Assembly: GCF_036321535.1 (NCBI RefSeq)
Contig: NC_087436.1
Location: forward strand, 93,808,001-93,872,000
DNA length: 64,000 nt
Direction of reading: 5' to 3'
DNA from: Camelus dromedarius
Lineage: Eukaryota
Below, piece by piece: positions 27,045-38,785 of this stretch (position 1 is the first letter of the stretch; each line of letters starts with the position of its first letter). Position numbers and translations under genes: made by a program. Under the pieces are notes generated by a model. It was not told the origin of the DNA. It made no database searches and saw only the letters and a program-made list of their open reading frames with translations.

Positions 27045-27285
27045 TGCAGTGAAAGAGGTGTAGGATTTCGAGTCAGACAAATTTTGAGTGAAATTCAGGC
27101 TCTGTCACTTACTAGCTGTGTGACCTCAGGTATGGTACTGAATCTCTCATCAGCCTCAGTTTTCTCATTTGTAAAGTGTGATCGACGTACCTTGCTATTA
27201 ATGTGGTGATTACCACGTGTGTAAAATACTTAGCACAGTGCCTGGCACATGGCAGGCACTCAATATAGGCCAGTTATTATTATCA
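27045..27285 (+). mobile_element. MIR SINE
   Basis: ggctctgtcacttactagctgtgtgacct...gcctcagttttctcatttgtaaag...cttagcacagtgcctggcacat. Confidence 0.85.
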
Positions 27286-28751
27286 GAGGTGGCAACAGTA
27301 CAGTCTAGATAAGATTAAGGAACTTATAAGAATCTGTATCAAGTCCTTCCCAGTTCTGATTATTCCATGTCTCAAAGTCCCAAATAACAGAAAAGAAAAA
27401 CAAGAACTGGATAGCATAATATGAAGACTCAATGATTTTTTTTAATCTCATAACCTAAATTTTTAATAAATAAGAATACAGAACTTAGTCTTGATCCATA
27501 TTCACAGCATTTTCACAATAGGAATTTAATTGAATAATAAACCTCAAGGATAACCTTGAATGAGAAATGACGAAAAGATGCCACAAAAAAAGTCAAGTAC
27601 CTCGAGAGTGGTGTGTGTGGCTGCAGAAAGCTTAATAAAATAGACAGAGATAGGGATGGGGATGGGGGAAAGGTGAGGGAGAGGGAGGATGAGAACACAG
27701 GGGCACCTGGGAAAGATAGGGAAGAGTCACCAAACACTAAGCCTTCTAGGGCTATAATAGAATTAGATTTGTGTAGTGCTATGTCCTAATGTCACAGAGC
27801 TACATTAAAAACAATTATATATCAGTCAGATCATTTGCAAATATTTTCTCCCATCCAGTGGACTGTCTTTTAGTTTTATTAATGGTTTCCTTTGCTGTGC
27901 AAAAGCTTTTTAAGTTTAATTAGGTCCCATTTATTTTTGCTTTTGTTTCCTTTGCTTTAGGAGACATATCCAAAAAAATATTGCTACAATTTATGTCAAA
28001 GAGTGTTCTGCCTATGTTTTCTTCTAGGAGTTTTATGGTTTCCAGTCTTACATTTAGGTCTTTAATCCATTTTGAGTTTATTTTTGTATATGATGTTACA
28101 GAATGTTCTAATTTCATTCTTTTACACGCAGCTGTCCAGTTTTCCCAGAACCACTTATTGAAGAGACTGTCTTTTCTCCATGTATATTCTTGCCTCCTTT
28201 GTCAGGGGTTAATATCCAAAATATATAAACAGCTCATACAACTCAACATCAAAAAAACAAACAACTTGATTAAAAAATGGGCAGAGGAATTGAATAGACA
28301 TTTCTCCAAAGAGGACAAACAGATGGTCATCAGGTACATGAAAAGATGCTCAACATCGCTAATCATCAGGGAAACACAAATCAAAACCACAATGAGATAT
28401 TACCTCACATCTGTCAAATGGCTATCATCAAAAAGAATACAAATAATAAATGTTGGCAAGGATATGGAGGAAAGGGAGCCTCCTACACTGTTGGTGAGAA
28501 TGTAAATTGGTGCAGCCCCTGTGGAAAATAGTATGGAGATTCCTCAAAAAACTAAAAATGGAACCACGATGTGATCCAGGGATTACACTCCTGGGTAACA
28601 TTAAAAACAAAAACAAAAAAACACTCATTCAAAAAGATACATGCACCTCAATGTTCACAGTAGCATTACTTATAACTGCCAAGATATGGAAGCAACCTAA
28701 GTGTCTATCAACAGATGAACGGATAAAGTTGTGGTATATATATATGTATGC

Positions 28752-28754
<3 letters not shown>

Positions 28755-28784
<30 letters not shown>
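28755..28784. repeat. (AC)15 microsatellite
   Basis: Direct reading. Confidence 0.95.
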
Positions 28785-28787
<3 letters not shown>

Positions 28788-28937
28788 GGAATACTACTCA
28801 GCCATAGAAAAGAATTAATATCTTGCAATTGCAACAACATGGATGGACCTGGAGGGTATTATGCTAAGTGAGATAAGTCAGACAGAAAGGCAAATACTGT
28901 ATGATATCACTTATATGTGGAATCTAAAAACTACAAC

Positions 28938-29080
28938 GTGGCGGGGATACAGCTCAAGTGGTAGAGGGCATGCTTAGCATGCATGAGGTCCTGGGTTAAA
29001 CCTTCAATACCTCCATTAAAAATAATAATAATAAATAAATAGACCTTATTACCTACTTCCCCCAAAAAACTTAAAAAAAA
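28938..29080 (+). mobile_element. tRNA-Ala(AGC)-derived SINE (camelid Vic-1-like) nested in the L1 3' UTR
   Basis: ggggatacagctcaagtggtagagggcatgcttagcatgcatgaggtcctgggtt head, A-rich tail, TSD aaaaa(c/a)tacaac. Confidence 0.85.
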
Positions 29081-32000
29081 TACAACAAATGAATGAATAT
29101 AATAAAAAAATAGGAACAGACTCACAGATTTAAAGAACAAACTAGTGGTTACCGGGGGTAGAGGGAATGGGGAGGAGCAATACAAGGGTAGGGGATTAAG
29201 AAGTGCAGACTATTACAACAGCATAAAATAAGCTACAAGGATGTATTGTACAATGCAAGAAATACAGCCAATATTTTATAATAACTATAAATGGAGTAAA
29301 ACCTTTAAAAATTGTGAATCACTACATTGTACATCTGTAACTTATGTAATACTGTATTGTACATCAAGTTCAACTTAAAAATAGCAAATGAAAAATAAAT
29401 TTTTAAAAATTAATTATATAATACATTAATGCACATCAAAGAATAACTAATAGAAAGTGGGTGAGTTACTTTTCTATATTACGCACTGAGATGTTTCTGA
29501 GAACAGACTATTTTTGATTAATCAATCCTTTCAAGTACCTACATAGTTTGAATTTACCATAACAAATGCTATTGATTGAATTATTGAATCATTAAATGAG
29601 TTATAAAGCCAGAAAATATTTATGTTGTGTATAGGCAAGGAGTACAGGGAGAAATAATTTTCTAAATCCCAGATTACAAACATTTTGGACTATAGATTTT
29701 AATACAATTTAATCATACAAAAAGTAATGTAAAGTATATAGAGAGTTATAAAGATTTTTATGTAAACATACAATATCAGATTGAGGACAAAGACCAAATC
29801 CAAATGCAATTAGGATAACAAGACACTTTACTTCTGTAAATTAAATACCCTATGATTACTAAAAGAACTTCTTCCATAGCTGTAAGACAGACTGCAATGA
29901 TGAAAATGAAGCAAAAATAGCCTTTCCCAACATCCTTGATCAAGAAGTCCATCTCCTGCTACCATGTGAATGTTATGACACAGAGTTGCTTAATTATCTC
30001 TTTCAACCATACAGCCAGAGCTTTCTTTCTATATGTTCAATTGTAGTTATATGACTCCTAAGCTTAAATCTTAAATGAACCCATTAGCTACAGGCCAGAA
30101 TCTAAATTCTTTATCATGATACACAAGGATATTGATAATTTAACCTGAACCAACTCTCCCTTCCTCAGTTCCCCCATCACTCTCACCCATAAATCTATCT
30201 CTAATCACACACTGAGCTATTTGCCACTCCTGCTAACATGCCACATCCACTCTCCTCTCTCTGTACTTTGGTTTTCCTCTGTCTCTCCAGCTAGTATGGT
30301 TTGAATTCTGCAATCAGATTACCTGGGTTCAAATTCTGATTCCACTAATTAGTAGCTATGTAATTTTACATAAGTTATTTAGTTCCTCTAAGCTGTAGGA
30401 ACCAGGAATTAGTACCTAATTTACAGAAAGACTGTGAAGATATTTTTGAAAATGTATTCAAAGTTAAGCTATACAAGAAATGGTAATAATTAATATGCTT
30501 ATTCTTTTCCTACTAACCAAGTACTGTGATAAGACCTGGGCTATAAAGATTAAAAGATGGCTTCTTCCCTTAAGTAATTTATAATTTGGTCATAAAACAG
30601 ACATATAAACAAACAATTATAGCTCAACATGATGAATGTTATAAGATACATAAAGAAGAGAGTAAATGTATTGGAAGAAGAAGATTCAACCCAAAGAAAC
30701 TTCTGAGAGAAGGAGAAACATGAACTATTAAAAGAGGAACGAGAATTTTCTAGACCACAAGAGGAGAGAAGACAGACAGAGGACAGAGCACTATAAATGG
30801 AGATGTTAAACAGCAAAGCATATTTACAGAGCACAGGGTGGTAAGAAGTCCAGGGCTCAAATCACAAAATATCTCTATTTATATATCATGCATAGGAAGT
30901 GAGATTTTTTTTTCTGCAGGAAATGGAAGATCGTTCAAGGATAGAGAAATATTAATTAATATATGAACAAATATTTGCATTCTTCCAATATTCCAGGCAC
31001 TGTTTTAGGTTCCAGAAACAAAGAGGTTAGCAAGTTAGATGCTGTTCTGGACATCAAAAAGTATAAAGTCTGGTAGGAGGAGACAAACCAATTATTTTAA
31101 AATGTCCTAAGTACTAATGACAAGGGAAGGTAAAATGCTATGTTGGCACAAGGGAGGGGCACTGCTATGGGAGTTAAGGTAAGTTTCCCAGGAGTTACAT
31201 TTAAGCCAAGCCATAAAGGTAGAAACGGGAGTTAGCCAGGAGTAAGGGAAAGATGTAAGAAGAGCTGTCCAGCGTTCCAAGTAGAAGGAGAATCATATAT
31301 GAAAGTATCTGCCAATTCTGAAATATGTGCCTGAGAAGCTGAGAAGTATGCAGAGCTCACAACAATTTATGAGACAAGGGGAACAAAAAGGGAAATCTGG
31401 GGCATGCCAAATTTATGGCAGGGGGGCTCCAATAAAGTTCCCAGGCTTTGGACTAGGTAACCAAAAGACAACCCCAGTAAAGTAGAAAGCAAACTGGTCT
31501 TTGTGAGGACTGAAGCCCAGCTTCCAATCATCAATCCCTGATTAGACCAGGTCACCCGGGCTTGTTAGTGCCACAGGTGCAGCTCCTGCCTGCCAGTAGT
31601 AATGTATATGCTGTTTCTAAAGGAAGATAACATCCTGCAAATGTCCCAAGAAACTTTATATCTATAAATAATGGCAAAAAAAACCACATTATTCTCAATG
31701 TTTCCAGTTATAGTAGAAACCTACTGGTTTATATTCTAAGCATCATTTCCTTTCTGGGAATAGACTCCCCCTCTTCTGAAAAATGTTCCTTTTCCTCCCT
31801 CTGTTTATCTAACTTCCTTGGGAAGTGTCCCTAACTTTAATTATGGGGAATGAGAGATTTGGGAAAGACAAGAAAAAGGATATATCCAAGCAAATAGGAT
31901 TTATCCCCAAAATCCATGGTTGGTTTAACATTCATAAGTCATTCAATGTAAATTACCTTACCACATTATTAGAATAAAGAAGAAAAAAATGATCATTTCA

Positions 32001-34410
32001 GAGGATTATTCCAAAACTCTGATCTCTGTTTTCTTAACTTAGCAAGACTACAATTTTCCTCTTCCTGCAATGCAGTTGGAAATTATCTCTAGGTGTAAAG
32101 CAGAACTATTCCAGGGCTTACCTCATTTGTTTTCATTCACTCAAGGATCAAGTTTCAGTGCTGCTTCTTGCCTAATGTCCAAAATTTTTGCCTAATATAT
32201 TTCGTCCAGTTTTCTGATTGTTTACAGAAAGAAGGTAAGTCTGATCCAAGATACTCTCTCATGACCATATAATTACATTTTAAAAATATCACTCTATCTG
32301 CCATGTGGAACAGATGTGGGAAAGTAAGAGTTATAGGCAGGGAAATCAATGAGGAAGCTATAGCAGTGGTCCAAGTGACAGATTACAGTGGCTTGGATTT
32401 GCACAGTAGTAGTGAGAATGGAAACAAGTAGACACATTCAGCATGTTTTCCAATTGGAGTTACAGGACTTGATGTATTAGGTACGGTATGGGGACCAGGG
32501 AGGCTAGGAAAGAAGAATCAAAAATGAAACCTAGGTAGCTGGTGGTGCCTTAATTATAATGTGGAAGACTTTAGGGTGAATAGTTTTGGATGGTTTGGGA
32601 GGATGGACTACCAAGTTTTTCCTCTCTTGCTTCCTCTCTAGTCTTTCACTGCCCATTCGCTATTTTGCCTTACCAAAGCCCAACAAACTATTTGGCAGAA
32701 TCAGATTCTTGGGCTAGTGTGAGGCATGGGGAGTGAGAAAGGAAGAGCTATGGAGTCCTTTTATTTAACCTAATCATAAAGTATTGAGTTCTTAAAAACC
32801 TTGCATATGTCAGAATGATAGTAAGTGTCATCTTGGGTTACATCGTTGAAGTCATGAACAAATGGAGAAGAAGATACCAGCTGGTGTATAGAGTGAGAAA
32901 ACACAAGGAACTCTGGTAGAGACAACAACAACAAAGATCAAATACAATTTTCATTAGGAGAAAATCATTCTCACTCAATTTCTTGCTAAATAATTACTTT
33001 TTCTATTACCTCTTAAAATTAGTCTTTATCCCCTTTATCCCCTCAGAGAAACATAATAAAGTATACTTCAAGCTTACAATGACTCTACTTCCCTGGAGAC
33101 AACAGTGCCCAGTCCCAAGCCCCAGCACATCTACAGAGGTTGGCTTCCGACATTCTGAGTTCAGAATTCCACTCTATTGGCTACAGGAGATTGGCCCAAG
33201 AGAATGTACCTGATCCATATGGAGTCAATCAAATTCCCAGGGGGTTAGAACTGCGGTACAGAGATAACAAAATAAGTTAGTCTAAGTGATGGAACTAACA
33301 TACAATTTTAACAAGTAAGCTCAGGAAATGGGGTACAACAGTAGGGCTTTCTCCATGCAGACTAGAAAAGCAGAGAAGGCAGATCTGCAGAGAAAAAGAG
33401 AATGAAGCAGATACTAAGAAAGAAGCAGAATGAAAAAGATAAACAAAGAAGCAGAGATAGTCCTGACATCTTTCCATTTCCTGATTTCATCCTCTTCTGG
33501 AGTCTTTATGTTGCATGAGACATCCCAGTATCTTTACAGGGACATTTTCCATTTTCGCTCAGGCTAACTGAAGATAGCTTCTGCTATTTGAAAGCTAAGA
33601 CTCTTGATTAAAACCCTCTGGTGTTATCTTTAAACATGTATTTTCTCAGCATTATTTCTTAAACATGGATTTTCTCAGTGTCATCTTTATTTAAGTATAC
33701 TGTGCTACTATTCTCTGCAATTCAATCACTAAACACACACATTTTTCATATAGCATATTATAAATTGAGTATAGTATGAATTGGATATAACACAACTCAT
33801 TAATTTGGGAATAAGATCTACATTATATGAACCTCTATTGGTTTGGGTAGAGGAAAAACTATTGCATTGACAAAAATGTAACCAGCTATGTGTAGGCGGT
33901 GACATGGTGTCTATCATGGGGAAAGGGAAAAATCTGGGGAATCAGGAACCTTAGGGCAGTAACATCTTCTGGTTCCTCTGGCCTCCTGAGCCATGGCCTT
34001 TACTTGCCATATTTCCTACCCACCTTGCTAGCATTCTCAGCTAAAAATCTGCTGTTGATGAAACCACAGACTGGTCTTTTTTACTTGGTTAAAGCCCTGT
34101 GGCTTTCCTGGCTGTTTCAAGTAAAGTGTAATTTATATATGTAATAAATATTATTGGGAATTTTTCAAGATTTTCCAAATACTTACAAGTTGGATCTTGC
34201 AATTCAAGCTTTCAAAAACAACTTGATTTTAAGCAGAATATTTAGCCTGTTCAAGACTATTTGTGAAGGCACTCAAGAAACTTACAAGCTTTTATATCTT
34301 TACTCTATAAAATTTTAACACTTATCTACACATTATATTGCATACAAATTCATCAATAAAAATACCAATAACAATTGCACAGAAAACATCCTTTTCACCT
34401 TTACCATTAC

Positions 34411-34541
34411 CTGTTAAGAAGGTTCTCTACTTCTAAAACTTCCGCTATGGACTCTTCATTATCAGAAAGGAGACGACCTTGAAATTTTCTATCTTGGAAA
34501 TCATACAGCATCACAATGATAAGACTGTTCAAATGATCTGG
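34411..34541 (-). CDS. NSUN7: NSUN7 exon 4, PDHLNSLIIVMLYDFQDRKFQGRLLSDNEESIAEVLEVENLLN(S)
   Basis: 131 nt, ccctttggtag| ... AG|gtaatg; translated by hand. Confidence 0.95.
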
Positions 34542-34921
34542 CTACCAAAGGGAAACACAAATAAAGAAAGGTATACAAACAATATCTAATAGCAATATTT
34601 TCCATTCCATTATTTTTCATAAAAGAGCAGGAATATGACTATTTTTAATGCCTATTTGAAATGGGAGACAGAAAAGGACTTCAAAATAGAAAAAAATTTA
34701 GTGAAAAAAAATAAACGTTTCAAAAAAAATAATTGGGGGGATGTTTTTCAAAATGAAAGGAGTAGGTTCTATGTTAGAAACCTCAGAGTAGGAAAAAGTT
34801 AAGGATTTATTTTGAAGAGGACTCAGCATTAAGCAAACTAGTTATTTAAATCTGAAGGCTTTTTAATACTTTCTAAATAACAACCATGAGACAGCTAATT
34901 ATATGAAAGTTGTTTACTTAC

Positions 34922-34980
34922 TATTGTGGTACTTGGGAAGATATAGCTGTCTATTAATATACTTTCTAAAATATCTTGAT
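34922..34980 (-). CDS. NSUN7: NSUN7 exon 3, (Y)QDILESILIDSYIFPSTTI
   Basis: 59 nt, tcttacag| ... ATA|gtaagt; required to keep the frame between exons 2 and 4. Confidence 0.93.
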
Positions 34981-35070
34981 CTGTAAGACAAGGAAAATGT
35001 CTGTTATTGAAAATATCAAAGCTGAAATGGAATCAAAATACACTTCAGACAATAGCATAAAATACTTAAA

Positions 35071-37729
35071 CCACCAAACATACAGAGAAAAAGTTATACC
35101 TATCCTTCTCAAACTATTCCAAAAAACTGAAGAGAAGAAAACACTCCCAAATTCATTCTCTGAAGCCACCCTCACCCTGATACCAAAAACAAAGACACTA
35201 CCAAGAAGGAAAATTACAGGCCAATACCTTTGATAAATACAGATGCAAAAATCCTTAACAAAATACCAGCAGAACAAATCCAACAATACATAAAAAGATC
35301 ATACAGAATGATCATGTTGAATTCATTTCCAGGGTTGCAAGGATGGTTCAACATATACAAATCAGTGTGATACACCGCATCAACAAAAGGCCAAAAAACA
35401 CATGATCATCTCAATAGATGCAGAAAAAGCATTTGACAAAATTCAACATTTACGAAAAAACTCTCACCAAAGTAGGTATAGAAAGAACACATACCAACAT
35501 AATAAAAGCTATTTATGACAAGCCCACAGCCAACATAATATTCAATGGTGAAAGGCAGAAAGCCCTCTCACTTAAATTCAGGAACATGACAAGGATACTT
35601 ACTCTCACCACTTCTATTCAACAGAATATTGGAAGTCCTAGTCACAACAATCAGATGAGAAAAAGAAATAAAAGGTATCCAAACTGGAGGAAAAGAGGTA
35701 AAATTGTCATATTTGCAGATGACATGATATGCTATATAGAGAGCCCTAAAGTCTTCACACAAGAACTATTAGAATTAACAAATGAATTCAGCAAGGTAGT
35801 AAGATACAAGATTAATAAACACAAATCTGTTGCATTACTTTATACTAGCAATGAAATATCAGAAAGGGAAAAATAAAAAAGCAATCCTGTTTAAAATTTC
35901 ATCAAAAAATAAAATACCTAGGAATACATTTAACCAAGGAGGTGAAAAATCTATATAATGAAAACTATAAAACATTGATAAAGGAAACTGAAGATGATTC
36001 AAAAAAATGGAATCCTGGATTAGAAAAATTAATACTATAAAAACGGCCATACTACACAAAGCAATCTATGGATTTAAAGCAATCCCTACCAAAATATCCA
36101 TGATATTTTTCCCAAAACTAGAACAAATAATCCTGAAGTTTTCATGGAACCACAAAGGAGCCAAAATTGCCAAAGCAATCCTAAGGAAAAAGAACAAAGC
36201 TGAAAGCATAACCCTTCTAGACTTTAGACTATACTGTAAAATTACAGTAATCAAAAGTGTGGTATTGGCACAAAAACAGATATATAAATCAACAGAACAG
36301 AATAGAAAGCCTATTAATAAACCCAAGCAAATATGGTCAATTAATCTATGACAAAGGAAGCAAGACTATACAATGGAGAAAGGACAGTCTCTTCAATAAC
36401 TGGGAAAACTGGACAGCTACATGTAAAAGAATGAAATTAGAATATTCCCTAGCACTGTTTACAAAAACAAACTCAAAATGGATTAAAAACCTAACTATAA
36501 GACATGACACCATAAAACTCCTAGAAGAGAACACAGGCAAAATATTCTTAGACATAAATCGTAGTGTTATTTTCTTAGATCAGTCTCCCAAGGCAAAAGA
36601 AATAAAAGCAAAAATAAAGAAATGAGACCTAACCAAACTTATTAAAAGGTTTTGCACAGCAAAGGAAACCATCAGCAAAACAAAAAGACGATCTATGGAA
36701 TGGGAGAAAACATTTGCAAATGATGCAACAGACAAGGGATTAATATTTAATTATACAAACAGTTTATACAACTCAATATCAAAAAAAAAAAAAACCTAAC
36801 CAAAAAAAGGGCATAAGATCTAAATACACATTTCTCCAAAGAAGACATATAAAATAGCCAACAGGTACACAAAAAGATGCTCAACATTGCTAATTATTAG
36901 ACAAACGCAAATTGAAACCACAATGAGGTATCACCTCACACCAGTCAGAATGGCTGTCCTCAAAAAGTCCACAAATGATAAGGGCTGGAGAGGGTGTGGA
37001 GAAAAGGGAATCCTCCTACACTGTTGGTGGGAATGTAAATTGGTATAGCCACTATGGAAAATAGTTGGAAATTCCTTAAAAAACCAAAAACAGACTTACC
37101 ATATGATCCAGCAATCCTACTCCGGGGTGTATATCCGGAAAAGACAGAAACTCTCATTTGAAAGATACATGCACTCCAGTGTCACAGAAGCACTATTTAT
37201 AGCCAAGACATGGAAACAACCCAAGTGCCCATCAACAGACAACTGACTTAAGAAGATATTTTAAATATATATATACACACATACACACAATGAAATATTA
37301 CTCAGCCATAAAAAAGAATGAAATACTGCCATTTGCAGCAACATGGATGGACACAGAGAATATTATATTTAGTGAAACTACACAAAGACAGACAAATACT
37401 ATATGATATCACTTATATATGGACTCTAAAAAAATAATACAAATGAATCTATATACAAAACAGAAACAGACTCACAGACAGAAAACAAACTTATGGTTAT
37501 CAAAGGGAAGAAGAGAGAGGCAAATCAGGAATATGGGATTAACAGATACAAACTTCCACATATGAAACAGATAAGCAACAAGGATTTACTGTATAGCACA
37601 GGAATTATATTCAATATCTTGTCATAACCTATTATGGAATGTAATCCAAAAAAAATAACTGAATCACTTTGCTGAACACTTGAAACTAATACAATATTGT
37701 AAATCAACCATACTTCAATTAAAAAAAAA
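35071..37729 (+). mobile_element. L1 LINE, 5'-truncated, frameshifted ORF2 (RT FADD motif) plus 3' UTR and poly(A)
   Basis: ORF pieces 34976..35233, 35418..35876, 36007..36351 and 36257..36625 match L1 ORF2. Confidence 0.93.
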
Positions 37730-38257
37730 TGCCAAGGCCCTCTTATAAATATAGGTACATGGTGTTTTTTTTAATCTGTGGCAAGAGGGAAACTTGACAA
37801 CATTATTTTAAGTCTTTCCAGGAAAACTAGTAAGAATGGCACCAACATTTTTGAAAGAATATTTGTGAGAAGTAGGTAACAGGCCAGAGAACCAGGCATT
37901 ACCAAAACAATGTGAAGAAAAAAAAAAAAACAATGTGGAACCACAAAAAAACTAGAATTAGGGTTGCTATTCTACCACACTTTCAACTAGATGAAATACT
38001 TTTTATCCTTCTTCCTGCTTGGTTCCACAGGTACTTCATATAATCTCTTCTTGAGCTTCTCTCAACTTTTCCTTCTGCAAAATGAGGATCTTCCATCTAA
38101 AGGACTTGTGTATCAAATGACATAAATAGTTTTGTGAATTACAAAGAGCTGTGCAAATATAAGCTATTACTCTCATTCAAGAGAATTGCTTTAACCACCT
38201 AGGTGATAGCTAGAGCTTAAGAGGTTATTGATTTGGATCATTTTCCTGATGAATCAC

Positions 38258-38785
38258 TGTGGAATCAAGGATTAACTAAGCAGGCCTGGTAGCCAAACCC
38301 TGCCCATTGCAAAGAAATGTTTGGCCCTTGACAGGCTGCTGGGAGAGAACTTCTAAGCCCTTGGAATACCTTGCTAATCAAACTACCTTTGTTTACCTGG
38401 GGCCTTGGGCCACACAATATAAGCTTGACTTCTAGATTGAGTAAGGTCATCCATGAGGGTGCTCCTTGCCTATATGACTAACACCCCCAATAAAAATCCT
38501 GGACAAGGCCTGGGTAAGCTTTTCAAGTTGGCAGTATTTCATTCATGTCACACATTGTTGCTGGGAAAATTAAGCACTGTCCATAAGCCTCCATTGGGAA
38601 AGAGCAACAGGAAGCTTGTACTTGTTCTCTCCTGGACCTATGCACCTTTTTGTGGGTGCTAATCTTAATCTTTATCCATTCATTGCAATAAACTGTAACC
38701 ATGAGTATAACAGCTTTGCTGAGTTCTACGAATTCTCCTAGTGAATCACTGAACCTAAGGGTGGTCTTGGGGACCCCTGACTACA
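38258..38785 (+). mobile_element. Solo LTR, MER21-like (ERV)
   Basis: TG...CA termini, 5-bp TSD atcac/atgac, internal AATAAA, typical end ctgaacctaagggtggtcttggggacccc. Confidence 0.75.

Larger units (their letters stand above)
27821..29403 (+). mobile_element. L1 with 5' inversion (27821-28204 inverted; 28205-29403 forward)
   Basis: Inverted ORF2 piece DKGGKN...ANDLTD is followed by forward [10 protein letters not shown]...; degenerate TSD taaaaacaattatata / taaaaattaattatata. Confidence 0.9.

Noticed and set aside
27981..28505. 174-aa chimeric ORF
   Set aside because: Artefact of reading across the L1 inversion junction
28941..29015. Functional tRNA-Ala gene (also 55712-55785)
   Set aside because: Acceptor stem and A/B-box changes, A-rich tails and TSDs indicate SINEs
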